DNA from: Chiloscyllium plagiosum | Lineage: Eukaryota | Direction of reading: 5' to 3' | Length of the DNA stretch: 64,000 nt | NCBI RefSeq assembly: GCF_004010195.1 | Contig: NC_057719.1 | Location: 50,014,302 to 50,078,301 of the forward strand | Shown here: positions 25,791-39,204 of the stretch, piece by piece | How the letters are laid out: the number at the start of each line of letters is the position of its first letter | Numbering within the stretch: position 1 is the stretch's first letter | Made by a program: the position numbers and the translations under genes | The notes under the pieces: model-generated | Told to the model about the DNA's origin: nothing | The model's input: only the letters and a program-made list of their open reading frames with translations | Databases searched by the model: none

Positions 25791-28135
25791 GTTAAAAATC
25801 ACACAACACCAGGTTATAGTCCAACAGGTTTAATTGGAAGCACACTAGCTTTCGGGGCGACGCTCCTTCATCAGGTGATAGTGGACGGCTCAATCCTAAC
25901 ACAGAATTTATAGCAAAAATTTACAGTGTGATGTAACTGAAATTATACATTGAAAAATTGATTGTCTGTTAGGCCTTTCATCTGTTCGAATACAGTGATA
26001 GTTTCACTTCTTTCATGAGTAAATCACAAAACCTTTTTTTAAAAAAGTTGCATTCTCGGGTTAGCCGTTAGCAATGGCGATAGCTAGACAATATGTTGAA
26101 GGTGTTGGCCCCCTGTGTTCTCTGTCTATGCCCTGATGTTTAGATTGATTCTAATCTAAAAAGTGAGATAATGGAGTTTTACATAAATTCATGCAGTTTT
26201 TGAGCTTAGAGGTCTACATGAATGCATGCATTTTTGAGCAAAGTACAATGTAACCCTGAAAGTACAAATTCACCCCACAAAATATGTGTGCACATGTGGG
26301 TCTTCGTCTGTCTGTGTGTGTGCGTCTGTCTGGGTTGGGGGCTGAGAGTGTGAGAAAGTGTATGTGTGTGTGTAGTGAGTGCAGAGTGTCTTAAATCTGT
26401 GAGGGGGTGCATGTGTGAGTGTGGAAGTGTGTGTGTCTGTAAGGGTGTTTGTGGGTGTCTGTGTGTGCATCTGTGTGTATGTGTGTCCGTGTGTATGTGT
26501 GTATAGGAGTGCCTGTGTGTGTGTGAGAGTGTGTGTGTGTGTAGGAGTATGTGTGTGTGTGTATAGTGCAATGGTGGTCCCCTGTAATGTGACATGAACC
26601 CAAGGTCCCGGTTGAGGCCCTCCCTGTGGGTTCCGAACTTCGCTATAAGCCTCTGCTCAGCCACTTTTCTCTGCTGCCTGTCCCGAAGCACACCTTGGAA
26701 GATGGTCACCCGAAGGTCCGAGGCTGAATGTCCTGGACGACTGAAGTGTTCCCCAACTTGGAGGGAATCCTCCTGTCTGTTGATTGTTGTGCGGTGCCCA
26801 TTCATCTGTTGTCGTAGCCTTTGCTCGGTTTCCCCAATGTACTATGCCTCCGGGCATCCTTGCCTGTAACGTATAAGATAGACAATGTTGGCTGAGTCAC
26901 ATGAGTACCTGCCATGTACAAGGTGGGAGGTGTCCCCACGCGTAATGGTGGTATCTATGTCCACACTCTGACACGTCTTGCAGCGTCTACCGTGACAGGG
27001 TTATATGGAGTTGTCCTGAGAGCCGGGCAGCTTGCTATGAACAACAATCTGTTTAAGGTTTGGCAGTTGTTTGAAGACAAGTCGTGAAGGTGTGGGGAAG
27101 GTCTTGGGGAGGTGCTCATCCTCATTGATAATGTGTTGCAGGTCACGAAGAGCATGGCGTAATTTTTCAGCTCCTGGGAAATACTGAACAACGAAGGGTA
27201 GCAACACGTGTCTGTTTCCTGAGGAGGTAATTACGGTTCCTTGCTGTGGCACATCAGAACTGGCAGTCGATGAGTTGAGCATCGTACCCCGTTCCTGTGA
27301 GGACATCCTTGAGTACTTCCAGGTGTCCGTCATGTTCCTCCTCATCTAAACATATGCATAGGGCTTGTCCATAGGGGATGGCTGTTTTAATATGTTTTGG
27401 GTGGAAGCTGGAGAAGTGTAGCATTGTGAGGTTGTCTGTGGGTTTGCGGTAGAGTGTGGAGACATGTGTCCAAGAATGAGACAGATAGCTGAGAGTAGTC
27501 CATGGTAAGCTTGATGGTGGGATGAAACTTGTTGATATCACTGTGTAGTTTTATCAGTGACTCCTCGCCATGGGTCTAGAGGAAGAAAATGTCGTCAATG
27601 TACCTGGTGTACAATGTTGGTTGGAGATCCTGCGTAGAGAAGAAGTCTTGTTCGAACCTGTGCATAAAAATGTTGGCATATTGGGGTGCAAATTTGGTCG
27701 CCATGGCTATTCTGTGTGCCTGGATGAAGAACTGGTTGTCAAAGGTGAAGACGTTGTGATCAAGGATAAAGCGGATGAGTTGTAGGATGGTGTTTGGAGA
27801 TTGGCAGTTGTTGGTGTTGAGTACGGAGGCTGTTGCCGCGATGCCATTATTGTGGGGGATGCTGGTGTAGAGTGCGGAAATGTCCATTGTGACGAGGAAT
27901 GTTCCCGGTTTGACTGGTCCGTGGTGCTGAGTTTCTGTAAGAAATCCGTAGTGTCGCGACAGAAGCTAGACATCCCCTGTACAATAGGTTTCAAGATGCC
28001 TTCCACATAGCCGGAGAGATTCTCACTAGGGTCCCATTGCCCGACACAATGGGACGTCCCGGTGTTTTGGCTTTGTGTACCTTTGGAAGGCAGTAGAAGT
28101 CACCTACACGAGAAGTATGTGGGATGAGGGCACAT
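25791..28135 (-). mobile_element. Penelope-like element, 5'-truncated and decayed (RT, GIY-YIG, pLTR)
   Basis: 'FYCLPKVHK..PGRPIVSG', 'MDISALYTSIPH', 'AP.YANIFM', 'YTRYIDDIFF', 'LYRKPTD..HPKHIK.AIPYGQ' and 'EQRLIAKFGTHREGLNRD'. Hammerhead-like motif at ~25843-25877. Confidence 0.92.
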
Positions 28136-28139
28136 GGGG

Positions 28140-28960
28140 AACTCTGAAGTAATGGGCAGACATCCCCATTTAGGAACACATGATGAAGAGAGACCATTGA
28201 TGAAGCAGCTAAAGATAGTCAGGTCTGAGACACTGCTCTGTGGAACTCTAGCAACAAATGTCCCAGGCTGAGATGACTGGCCTCCAACAACCATTAACAT
28301 CTTCCTTTCTACTTGTCCATCCAGCTGAACATTTTCCCCTTGATTCCCATGGACGAGGGCTTCTTGATACCAAACCTGTCACTGCTGCCTCAATGCCAAG
28401 GGCAACTGTGTTCACTTCACGCCTGGAATTCAATACTTTTGTCCATTTTATAGAGCACCACAGTTGGGATCCAAGCGGTCCTGGTAAAGCTCAAACTGAA
28501 CACTGCTTAGTCGGTTACTGGTTTGTAAATTTTCGTTTCCAGTGCTACAATAATATCTTCCATTGTTTTACTAATTATTAAGAGTAGGCCATCAGTCTCA
28601 TTACTGGCAAGTTTAGATTTGTTCAATATCTTATGTACCGAACATACCTGGGCAATTTTCCACTTTATTGGATAAATGCCAGTGTTGAAGCTGTATGAGA
28701 ATGAATACGTATTTAGATGTGGTCATGTCTAGGTATGTATTTATTCATGAAATGTCAATTCATAACTGCAGCAGACTATATTTATTTAAAATAGCAGATT
28801 TGTACTGTTACATTAATAAAATAATAGAATTAGAATTGTGTCCTTTGGAGAAATCATCAATAGAAGGAGGACCACTTCCTCTCGAATGAAATAAAGGAAG
28901 GTTCATGAGCACCAAATGATGGCCTTGCCAGGAATGCTCACACATGATAAATAATTGAAA
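28140..28960. mobile_element. Degenerate LINE fragments (family of 4620-5240)
   Basis: The minus strand gives a degenerate 'VPQ.SV...TIFSCFIN.L'. A tail-like 'tggccttgccag' is near 28920. Confidence 0.5.
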
Positions 28961-30199
28961 AGCCTAAACTCCTGCAGCAAGAAATGTGATGCATCAGCGA
29001 ACTGGCCCTCTGATTAATTATCCCTGTTCATCACTCACTTCACTCTGCAAGAACATTCAGACCATCCAATAAATGATAAGCTGACAGTGCAAACTCAGCG
29101 GTGTGTATTAAACCATACTGCAGGCTAATATGTCAAATATGATGAGGGTGATTAATTTAATGTTGAATATAATAATTGCCTCAAATTCATCTTTCACCCA
29201 AGTGATCAACCCAGAGGGCATTTCCTACTGTTTGTGCTAACCTAGAAAAACAGTATGTAATGGTGCATCCTCACATGATCCTCCTCCAAAGTATCTTCTG
29301 CCCTGGAGTTTTGGGAATTGTTGAGAGTAGTAGGGGAGGAGTGAAAGCAGCATTGTCAGAGCAATGAAAAGTTATACAAATTTAAACAATTACAAGGTGC
29401 TCTCCTCATAACCTGATAAAAGCTGGCTAGAAGGCTGATGGAGTTCATGAGGTATCTGTAAGGACTTTTGCTAGTTCTTGATTTTATAATCCAGCACTTA
29501 GCCTGAAGTATGAAAACATTAGATATATTATAAATCAACCCACTATGAAAGCAGCTCAAACAGGAGATGGAAGATGAAAAGCTGACTATGTGGAAAATTA
29601 TTTGGCCTTGGGGAATTTCACGGAGATTGCTACTGTCATGTACAAAGATGTCACCATCAGATTGCAAGGAGTTTCAACCATGAAGGATCTTTTTGGGAGT
29701 CTTCAATTTTCACACTAAATATGTTTTTAAACTAGGATATTCTTCCTTACTGATTGGTTAATAGCTTTGTGTAAAATCAAGGACATGTAATACTGCCAAA
29801 TTCTGATGGATCATTCTTCATTCACAACATTGTGTTTTGACCTGCAGTTCCAGGGCACAACCTCCTCGCTTCATCCTGGCAGCCATTTGTTTTGAGAGAA
29901 TATCTGATTCCACTATCAGCTTTTGGTCAACAACTATCCTTACAAGAGTCCATTGGGCTTTTTGTCAACTTTGGCCAATGCATTCAAACAAATAATATTA
30001 TTGTAACAGCTACAAGTGTGAACAGTTTCTGGAATGTTAACTGAAGTTTCTGTGCCTGAAATATAGGGAACTTTCTCCCTTTGTCGTGTTGCTACCAACC
30101 AATCATTTTTAAACTGTCTTAGATCCCTTGCACTTCTTATAATGGTCACAGACACTTGAAAAATGTGTGTTTGGATAGCCATCTCAATAATACTGCATA

Positions 30200-30860
30200 G
30201 AATCACAGAATTGTCATGGTGCAGAAGGAGGCCATCATGTTTAACCACTCTCTGAGCACTGCGACTTGGTGCCATTCCCAGTAACCCTGCACAAAGTTTC
30301 TATTTAAGTAATAATCAAATGCTGTCTTGAAAGCCTCAATTGAACCTGCCTACCTGACAATTCCAGGCAGTGCACTCCAAATCCTAACTATTCATTATGT
30401 GAAAAAAGTTTGCTCACTTCACATTTTCTTTTTTTTGCAAAATACTTTAAATTTGTGCCCTCTGGTTCTCGATCCTTTTACAAGCTGAAACAATTTCTCT
30501 CCATCTACTCTGTCCAGATCCCTCATTATTTTGAAGACATCTATCAAATCTCCCTTTAACCTCAACATTTGAAGAAGACGGTCTGAACTTTTCCAATTTA
30601 TCTTTGTAACTGAAGTTTCTCATTGCTGGATCCATTCTGTTCTGCACTCTTGCCAATGCATTCACATCCTTCCTAAAATGTGGCAATCAGAACAGTGCAC
30701 AAAACTCCAGTTGAGGTCTAACCAGTCCCCATATAAGTTCAATTTATCCTCCCTGCTTTTGTAATCTTCACCCCTATTAAGAATCTGTTATTAGCAGCTC
30801 TCTCTATCAGTTTTGCCACCTTAAATGGATGCTGCACATTCACAACCAGGTCTCTCTGTT
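30200..30860 (-). mobile_element. Degenerate CR1 3' fragment
   Basis: ORF 30447-30686(-) 'PHFRKDVNAL.RVQ', with a catagaatcacaga terminus. Confidence 0.75.
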
Positions 30861-30864
30861 ACAG

Positions 30865-31182
30865 TAAAAACAGAAATTTCTGCAGAAACTCAGCAGGTCT
30901 ATCAGCATCTGCGCAGAGAAAGTAGAGATAACATTTCTGGCCCAGCGGCCCTTCTTCGAAACTGTTCTGAGCAAATTTGAGCAGTTATTTTATGTTTAAG
31001 GTTCTCTGCTCCTGCACCTGCTTTGGAATACTGGGAACTGAACTAGAAACTGTTCTGAAGAAGAGTCGTATCAGCCAACTGAGTTTCTCTCTCCACAGAG
31101 GCGTCCTGACCTGCTGAGCTTGTCCAACACCTTCTATTTTTATTTCAGATTTCGAGCATCTACAGTATTTTGCTTTTATTAC
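30865..31182. mobile_element. Degenerate Penelope pLTR-type fragments in opposite orientations
   Basis: 'aaaacagaaat...ctcagcaggtct..cagcatctg' and its approximate reverse complement at ~31085-31180. Same family as 52260-52495. Confidence 0.55.
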
Positions 31183-32019
31183 TATTGTGTGCATCTGGTG
31201 GCTGATCTACAGGACATGGCGTGATTTCACATCGCCTCAGGTTATTGTCGACAGAATCTCAAATACTGTAAAAGCCCTAATGCAACTGCTCCAAGTTGCT
31301 TGGGGGCACAGAAATAACAAAATACTCATGCAGGTATTTACATCAAGTATATCGATCTCAGCTAATTATAATTGGGGCACAAGTCACAAGATCTGGAAAT
31401 TCCAATATTGGTCATTCTCACTTTAATGCACTACATGAATAACCCAGCTATCGAAAAGCATACATGCAGAAGTTCTCATGCCTAAACCATGACACTGGTC
31501 CAGCCATTGCAGTAGAGAAATGGGACGCCCCACAGAATGCACCACCAAAAATGCAACTCTGTACAAATTAAGAAAGAAAATGACTTCAAACCTTGTATGA
31601 ATCCAATTTAATATTGTCACTTCCTTCCTGTTACTAAACCACAATGATATGAGGCAATTTCCTTCACTGCATTAATGCCAACAAGAAGTATGCAGAATTT
31701 ACAAAATGCAGAAAAAAATCTCATTGTGCACATATATTTACATATTTACCTGAACACGTCAGGACTACCTCTCATAAATCTAAGTGTTTTTTTGTTTCCA
31801 GATACAACAGCACAATATACATTCATTTGGATTTAAAATTAAGTTTCATACCAATCCTTCATGTGGAGATTCAAATCTCATCCTAAATGAGGGCATAATG
31901 CATCATTTCCCAATATCTTGTCATCATATTAAAAAGTACTGTTGTCCAAGTACTGAGCTAACATCTTATTTTAATGCTGTTTAAAAATAGCAAATAAATA
32001 AGAAGCTATTTATTCTTAC

Positions 32020-32229
32020 CCAGATTTTTAGTACCTTGATCATGCTGGTTCCACTCAAAGGAATCTGGAAGCTGATAGGACATCTCCATCACTTTTGTCA
32101 AGTTTCGGTTGACTCTTATGGGCCCGCCAGGTGTTACATATGGCAGCGAAGGCACTTCTGTTTCATAATCCATGCTGTCTTCATCTGAGTCTTCCTCATC
32201 ATCATCATCATCATCATCATCATCTAACT
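32020..32229 (-). CDS. ARMH4: ARMH4 acidic exon (poly-Asp, then 'SYQLPDSFEWNQHDQG')
   Basis: Acceptor ttttgcccctttgcag and donor g|gtaaga (alternative g|gtacta at 32035), phase 1-1. The peptide resembles the acidic juxtamembrane segment of vertebrate ARMH4 (recalled as ...YQVPDALEWEQQNQGL). Confidence 0.88.
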
Positions 32230-32279
32230 CTGCAAAGGGGCAAAACATTGATATATAAAATAGGGTGAGATGGCATTTT

Positions 32280-32560
32280 CATGGCAATCTCAGTGGACTA
32301 ACAACTAAGGTTGTCCAGGCAAATGCTCTGGTGACACTGGTTCAAATCCTAACACGACACTTTAAATTCAATTCATAAATCTGGAACTGAAACCTGGTCT
32401 CAGTGATGGTGACCCTTAAATGAGCACAGATTACATCCAATCTGGCCTTGATGTGCCACTATAGCCACAGCAATGCCCTCTGAAATACCTAGCAAACCAC
32501 TTGCTAAAAGGGCATTTAGGGATGGGCAATAATGGTGGCCTTGCCAGCAACATTCAATAT
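32280..32560 (+). mobile_element. Degenerate tRNA-derived SINE-like element
   Basis: B-box-like ggttcaaatcc and a LINE-type tail 'agggatgggcaataatggtggccttgccagc'. Confidence 0.5.
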
Positions 32561-33798
32561 AAAAATGTATTTAAATAAAAGAACACTAAGCATGGTAACT
32601 ATTTACAGGAAAAGGTTTTAGAAAGTTGAAGTTTATAAGTAAATTGCATTAAAGAATTAACTTTAGATCTGAAATGCAACATTTGGAATTTGAATTCATG
32701 GCCACAGACTCTCATAACATCAACAAGCTGTATCTATTTGGACCCAACAAAACAAATGATATCAAATTTTCCCAAGTGTTGGAGTCAATGAACAAGAGCA
32801 TTATCTGTTGTAATACCATTACTCTCTCATTTCTGATACATGTTTATATTCTTCCTTTTCAAATGTTCATTGTATAACCCCAAATTAAATATATCTGCTG
32901 ACCAGATTATTATATCAATTTCACCACACACTGCTGTTCTGATGAGTGGCCTAATTCAATCCTCCTTTATCACTGATATACCAAGTAGTGGGGGAAAAAT
33001 ATCTGATGTTACTTACCCTCTCCAAGTCTTTTAGAATTCACTATACATTTATCTCTCTCAATGATTGATGACATACCTTACACTGCACTAGCATTTATTG
33101 ATCTGCAAGGGGAAGAATGGCACCCATAAAGTCAATATTTACACAAACATGCTTATGCTCATTTTAAGAAAGTTTGAGGCTTGAGATTTCTTAAAAGGAA
33201 TTTTATGTTCCAAGGCTTGTAATAATGTCGGTAAAGACATGATTCAATGAGCACCGCTAAAAAATTCTTTTTAAGCTGTCATGAAAGACATCAATCTAGA
33301 TTTCTCACAGCCTGACAAGATGCAGTACAAAACAAAGTGCAATTACACTAATGAATGGAATAAAGGAATGGAAGACAATGAAAAGGTACCCCCTCAATTC
33401 ACTGTTCTCATCTCAAAAACACTCAGAAACTGAGTATGGCTTTGTCCATAATCAGGCAATTATTATGAATGCTTTTTAATATACAAGACAGCAACAAATC
33501 TTCAAAATTCATTTCACAGTGTTAAAAACCAGCAAAACCAACAACTGGTCAAAACCAGCAACTTGCACTGTGACATGGTATAAGTACAATTAAACAGGAA
33601 TAAAGGGAATAATTTTAATTCTCAAAGATGGATGGCTGGGGAGAGGTGAGTTGTTAAAAGAATTTTAAATCTCAAATCAAACATCAACCCAACTCCCCGA
33701 TCCATCTACTTCTGAGTTTAGAAGCAGCAGAATGGGAATTTACAGACAACTCGCTTTTAGGACATGATTTATCTCTTTTCCTGTTGTAATAAAGTTTG

Positions 33799-33930
33799 GA
33801 GAAAGTGTGGACTGCAGATCCTGGAGATCAAAGTCAAAAATTGTGGTGTTGGAAAAGCACAGCCAGTCAGGCAACATCCGAGGAGCGGGACAGTCAACGT
33901 TTCGAGCATAAGCTCTTCATCAGGAATTCC
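33799..33930 (-). mobile_element. Solo Penelope-type pLTR with hammerhead motif
   Basis: The minus strand reads CTGATGA-aGAGC-ttat-GCTC-GAAACGTT, followed by the family tail ending ctttctcc. Confidence 0.75.
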
Positions 33931-36029
33931 TTTTTGATAATAAAGCTGCAGCCTCATATTTAAATTGACTTACAGGCTTGAATTTGGGCCATGGGTTTCC
34001 CAGCCTCAAAAACTGAGCAATTCAGAGAAGGTAGAAAGATAAAAGCTAAATGACTTTATTTTGGGTAAGGAGAAATGGGAATGTTTCCATATGTCCCTAC
34101 TCCTATTAGGAACTGGAATATCCTTTCCTGAAATTGCAGCTTGCTCCAAGTAGTCCCACCCAATTCAGAGCCAAGCCTGTTAGTTAAATCGACTGTCAAG
34201 CAATTGGCATTTGGTAAATGATATCGGAAAGTTAAACGTGTGGTTCAAAGAACGGTGTAAGAGAAACAGGTTTGATTCATGGATACTTTCAACAATACTG
34301 GACAAACTGGAAGCAATACCTTTGGGATAGCCTTCAGCTGAGAGATGCCATGGAGAGTTGTATGGAAATCTTTAAATTTAAAGGTGGAGGGAGATTTGCA
34401 AAATGAAAAAAAAAAATGGCAATACAACAGAGCAAGTGGGAGCAAGTGAGCTCAATGGAATTGAGTTTGAACGGATCTCGCAGCTCAAAACTGGGCATTC
34501 ATAAGGAGCATCAGTAGCAGCAGAATCATATTCCATCTCAATCTGCTACCTCAAGGCCTGACATATCCACCACTCTACTGTTACCAACAAGCGGGGATCA
34601 GTTGGTTCAATGGAAAATGCAGGAGGGAATGCCAGGAGATATACCAAACAGGACTGCTTGCATGCCAAATAGTAGAAGCAGCAAGTATTAGAGAGAATGA
34701 AAACCAAAAGAGCTGCAGATGCTGAAAATCAGAAACAAAAACAGAAATTGCTGGAAAAGTTCAGCAGGTCTGACAGCATCTGTAGAGAGAAATGAGAGTT
34801 AACCTTGCTTAGGACAGTGATAGACAAAGCCATTGAACTAGATCAGCCATATAAATGCAATGGCTACAACAGCAGGTCAGATGCGAGGAATCCTTCAGCA
34901 CATAACTCATCTTCTGACTCTGAAAGTCTGTCTACCATCTGCAAGGCACAAGTCAGGAGTTGGATTGAATAGTCTCCACATATTTCTGGATGACTGCAGC
35001 TCGAACTCAGGAAACTTGACATCATCCAGGATAAAGCAGCCCGCTTGATTGGCACCAGGTTCATCAGACTGTGGGATGAGAAGAGTATCCTATGAAAGAT
35101 GCTAGATATATTAGATCTATATTCTCTGGAGTTTAGAATAATAAGGTGATCTCTTTAAACGATTCAATATTGTGAAAGGGCTGGACAAGGTCGATACTTA
35201 AGAGTCTTCCCTAACTGGGGAATCTAGAACATGAGGACAAAGTTTGAGGATAAGAGGTTAATCAGTAATAACTGAAATGAGGGGAAATTTCTTCACTCCA
35301 CGAGTTGTAAATCTACACCAAAGGATTTTGGATGTGCCACTTCATGCTGGCATAAGGGCTGTAAAAGGCAATGGAAATGAGCAGAGGAACATAGGGTCTA
35401 TACAGGACCTGGGGCTTTAGAGAGTCACAGTTTAGCATGGATGATTTGGAAGGCATTGAGGTTGATGCCGGGGGAAATGGGCAATGAAATGGCATGGGTT
35501 AGAATTTGACAGTGGGTTATTTGGCACATGCAAGGGTTTGAGAGAGTGGGAGGTGTAAAGATTGTTTACAGGATTCTTTTTCTGAGCTGCAAAAAAACCC
35601 GCCAGAGCACAGCCTTTGCCACAGCCCACCTCTGCACTGGCAACCCCTGTGGCTAGTTTGGAATTCCATCAGAGGTCAGTGTACACCAGTGTCACACACA
35701 CCTGCACCCTCCATACTTCAGAATCAAAATACGACCATCCAGGGAGGGGAGATTGTATGATCAAACTGAATAATGGTGCAAGCTCGATTGGCCATTTGTT
35801 CTTCTCCTATTCCTAACACTTTTGTTTCAGATAGGAGCCTCACAAAAAAACATGTATGTTCCTAAAACTAATGTGACTGTAACTCCACTTCCCAATACCC
35901 TCATCACAGCCAGAAATCGATGTCATCACAGCCAGAAATTGATGTCAGTGAATATCATGGTTTTGCATGCACTTTAATTGCCTTTCCACCTCTGCCTTTA
36001 AGTAGAGGGAAGATGAAGTCATAGAGAAA

Positions 36030-36163
36030 TCCTGATTCCTGAAGAAGGGCTTATGCCCGAAACGTCGATTCTCCTGTTCCCTGGATGCTGCCTGACCTGC
36101 TGCGCTTTTCCAGCAACACATTTCCAGTTCTGATCTCCAGCATCTGCAGACCTCACTTTCTCC
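36030..36163 (+). mobile_element. Solo Penelope-type pLTR with hammerhead motif (36035-36070)
   Basis: CTGAAGA-aGGGC-ttat-GCCC-GAAACGTC and tail 'ccagcatctgcagacctcactttctcc'. Confidence 0.8.
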
Positions 36164-36164
36164 T

Positions 36165-36416
36165 ATACGCAATGGACTGAGCAATGAAGGCAAGCATGTG
36201 AAGTGCCTTTTTAACTACCCTGTCTATATGTGAGGCAAACTTCAATGAATTATGTATCGAACCCCTAGGTCGCTCTGTTCTAGGTTTGGAGGGATATGGC
36301 CCAGGTGCTGGCAGGTGGGACTAGACTGGGTTGGGATATCTGGTCGGCGTGGACAGGTTGGAGCAAGGATCTGTTTCCGTGCTGTACATCTCTATGACTA
36401 TGACTATGACTATGAC
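36165..36416. mobile_element. Short CR1 remnant: inverted internal piece joined to a plus-strand 3' end
   Basis: 36165-36280 matches minus-strand CR1 RT sequence. 36281-36416 is a CR1 3' UTR ending (ctatga)n. Confidence 0.65.
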
Positions 36417-38035
36417 CTAACCATTAATTGTACAAGTCTTAATCCTGTTTGTTGTACCAAAATGCAAGTTTAAGAGTTAGAATTCCCACCTACTCGACAA
36501 AAGAGGTACTTCTAAGAAGTCAGCCTACAAAATGGGCATGTAGTTTCCTATTTTTTTCTTTATTTGTTCAGAGTTGAAAATTAAGTGGTGAATTTTGTCT
36601 CCATGTTCATTTACTGTCTATAAAAAAAATCTTATCTGACTCGCATGCTCTTAACTCACCAAATTGTTAAGATTCAAGAGACATGCATAAGGGCACACGT
36701 GGAAGACATGATAATTATTAGAACTAAGGTTTTGCTGCTGCATAATGAAAATAATGGGCTGTGTGGGAACTTAGCTGTGACATTCAATCCACTACATGGA
36801 GACATTCAAATCATCTTTGAAATAAAGTCTAAGCAGACACAAGACTTGTGTCAACTGTTTAGTGCTCTGGAGTGATTGGTCGGTCATTTGCTGCCACAAG
36901 GAAGGGATATCAAAACACTAGTATGGCAGTAAATACAAGGTGAAAAAGTTGTTTAGTTTTCTCAAAGAAAGGAGATTATTAACTTATAAAAATTAGAAGA
37001 TGGCAAACAATTTGAAATATTAAAAGAAAAAAGAAAAATTTGCACAAGTGCAAAAGAGGTAAATGCGCATGAAAACATTTGGAAAACATGGAAAAACTAT
37101 TTGAACAGTTCTTTTTAACAAACAATTGATGAATGGAAATGGATATGAGGATTATAAAATATAACACAAACAGGTGTTATATTTTATAACTGGGAATGTT
37201 AAAACCATGATTGAAAAGTAAGAAGATGAAGCAGAAGCTAGATGGCAAAAAGTGAAAAGTTTATTAAATTCATTTTAAAGATCGGACAGACTGAAACAGC
37301 AATGTAAAATGGAGCATGAAGAACAAGGGGGTCACAATGAAATAATTGATAGTTAGAGGGAAAATTAATTTAAAGATCAGGACAAAAGCAAAATTGAAAA
37401 ATTCTTCACTTCTCTTCTCCACATTATCTTGCCTATTACATTCTACAAAGTTGTCCTGTTCATCTGAATCACATATTACCATTTTCACAAGGTAATTCAG
37501 AACACTGGGTTTTTCGATATTTCTGTGTGCTGCATAAAAAATATTTCCAGGATTTCATGTTTCTTCATAATAACTGAGAAACTGTACCAAAGTGTTCCTA
37601 TCTCACACTACTCCATTTTTTGCCAGCTATCCAGCCCTGACCCAACCAGTCCCAAACTACCTTCGCAGGTCCTAAGTAAAAAGGACATCTCCATGTGGGA
37701 ACTGGGAAGGCACTAATACACATTCAGTCTTCATGTTTCTGTTACCATAAAGTTCACCTCCTGCAGAATTCTTGTGTCATCTGCTATGTGAGGCAAGAAA
37801 ATCAATTATCAGTGCCTGTATGTGTTTCTCATCATTCAATTAATTATAAAGTAAGATGCACAAGAAAAGAGATGGAGTTTGCAAAGTGGAGAAATGCAGG
37901 GAGTTGAAATGGATGATGGAAAGAATGGAGGTAAGAGAATGAATTTCGAAAATGGAGCAGAATGCAGAAGCTTTGGTTAAAGTTTGCATATACACTAAAG
38001 TTAAAGCCAACAACTAACAACATTAGCAGCTATAC

Positions 38036-38308
38036 CTTCTGACTCTGTTGTGTCCAATGTATAAATTGGTGGTTCTGTGTCACTCAAAGATGGTGCTAAA
38101 GTTGTTGCTAAGGATGACCATGTGTTATCTCTTAACTCAGGTGTTGTGATAGAAGGCTTGACCATAGTCATTCCCATTGCTTTTGTGGCAGATGCTTTCA
38201 GGACTGTATCATTGGCTTCGGTGCTTAATGTTGCTGTAGCGGCAAATACTTTTTTTCCAATTGGTTCTACTGACTTCTGTTGTGGCAAATCACTGGCACT
38301 TGTCAGTA
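38036..38308 (-). CDS. ARMH4: ARMH4 Ser/Thr-rich stalk exon (273 nt)
   Basis: Acceptor tttcttgtatttgcag and donor tcagaag|gtata, phase 1-1. Open frame 'VLTSASD...TLDTTESE' joins in frame to the acidic exon. Confidence 0.85.
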
Positions 38309-38736
38309 CTGCAAATACAAGAAATATTGTTTGAAAATCACAATACAAATGATTATGAAGTGAATAGTAACTATTAAGTAGCAATAAATTACATGGATTG
38401 CATTCATATGATCAATATATTAACCATAATGGAATTTCAGGCAGATTTTTTATAGCTAGAGATCAAATAGTAACAAAATAATTTAGTGTAATCTAGTTTG
38501 CATTTGTATTACGTCCAACTACTAGACGCAAATGCAGCAGTTTGGAGCATACTAATGAATCTGAAGAGCACTACCATGAATGTTGTTTGACTGAGGAACC
38601 AATGAACAAATTGTAATACCCAATTTATTTTTTATATGGTCATAGGTATTACACCAAAGACTTACACATCAACATGAACAAAAGAATAACTTTGTTTCAA
38701 TTGTTATTAAAGTACATACTTTTATGTTTTATTAAA

Positions 38737-39085
38737 GGTGGCATGGTGGCTCAGTGGTTAGCACTGCTGCCTCACAGTGCCAGGGACCTGGGTTGGATTC
38801 CAGCCTTGGGTATCTGTCTGTGTGGAGTTTGCACATTCTCCCAGCATCTACATGGGTTTCCTCCTGGTGTTCCGGTTTCCTCCCACAGTCCAAAGATGTG
38901 CAGGCTAGATGAACTGGCCAAGCTAAATTGCCCAGTGTTCAGGGATGTGTAGGTTAGGAGCATTAGTTAGGGGTAAATGTAGAGTAATAGATTTGGGGAA
39001 TGGGTCTGGGTGGGTTACTCTTTGGAGGGTCAGTGTGGACTTGTTGAGCCCAAAGGACCTGTTTCCACACTGTAGGGATTCTATA
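38737..39085 (+). mobile_element. HE1-type V-SINE
   Basis: A-box, degenerate B-box and V-domain as at 13960. Confidence 0.85.
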
Positions 39086-39204
39086 ATTAGAGCAAAAGCT
39101 ACACTGTTTACCAGGTTGAATACCACCTAATTCAATTTTTCAGTAACTTGTTTTACCTTTCTCATGTTCATGTTACACATGTTGTACAAAAGATATATGT
39201 GTAC

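Noticed and set aside
26206..26603. His/Thr-rich ORFs (also 6289-6769)
   Set aside because: Translations of CA/GT-rich low-complexity sequence in the Penelope 3' UTR.
1..32019. ARMH4 transmembrane and cytoplasmic exons
   Set aside because: I searched by eye for a short 'VRSW.EK.KDK'-like exon and the TM exon and found no convincing match. They are probably beyond the window, though a micro-exon could have been missed.
35901..35947. 22-bp tandem duplication tcatcacagccagaaat(c/t)gatg x2
   Set aside because: Two units and no spacers, so an ordinary local duplication rather than an array.
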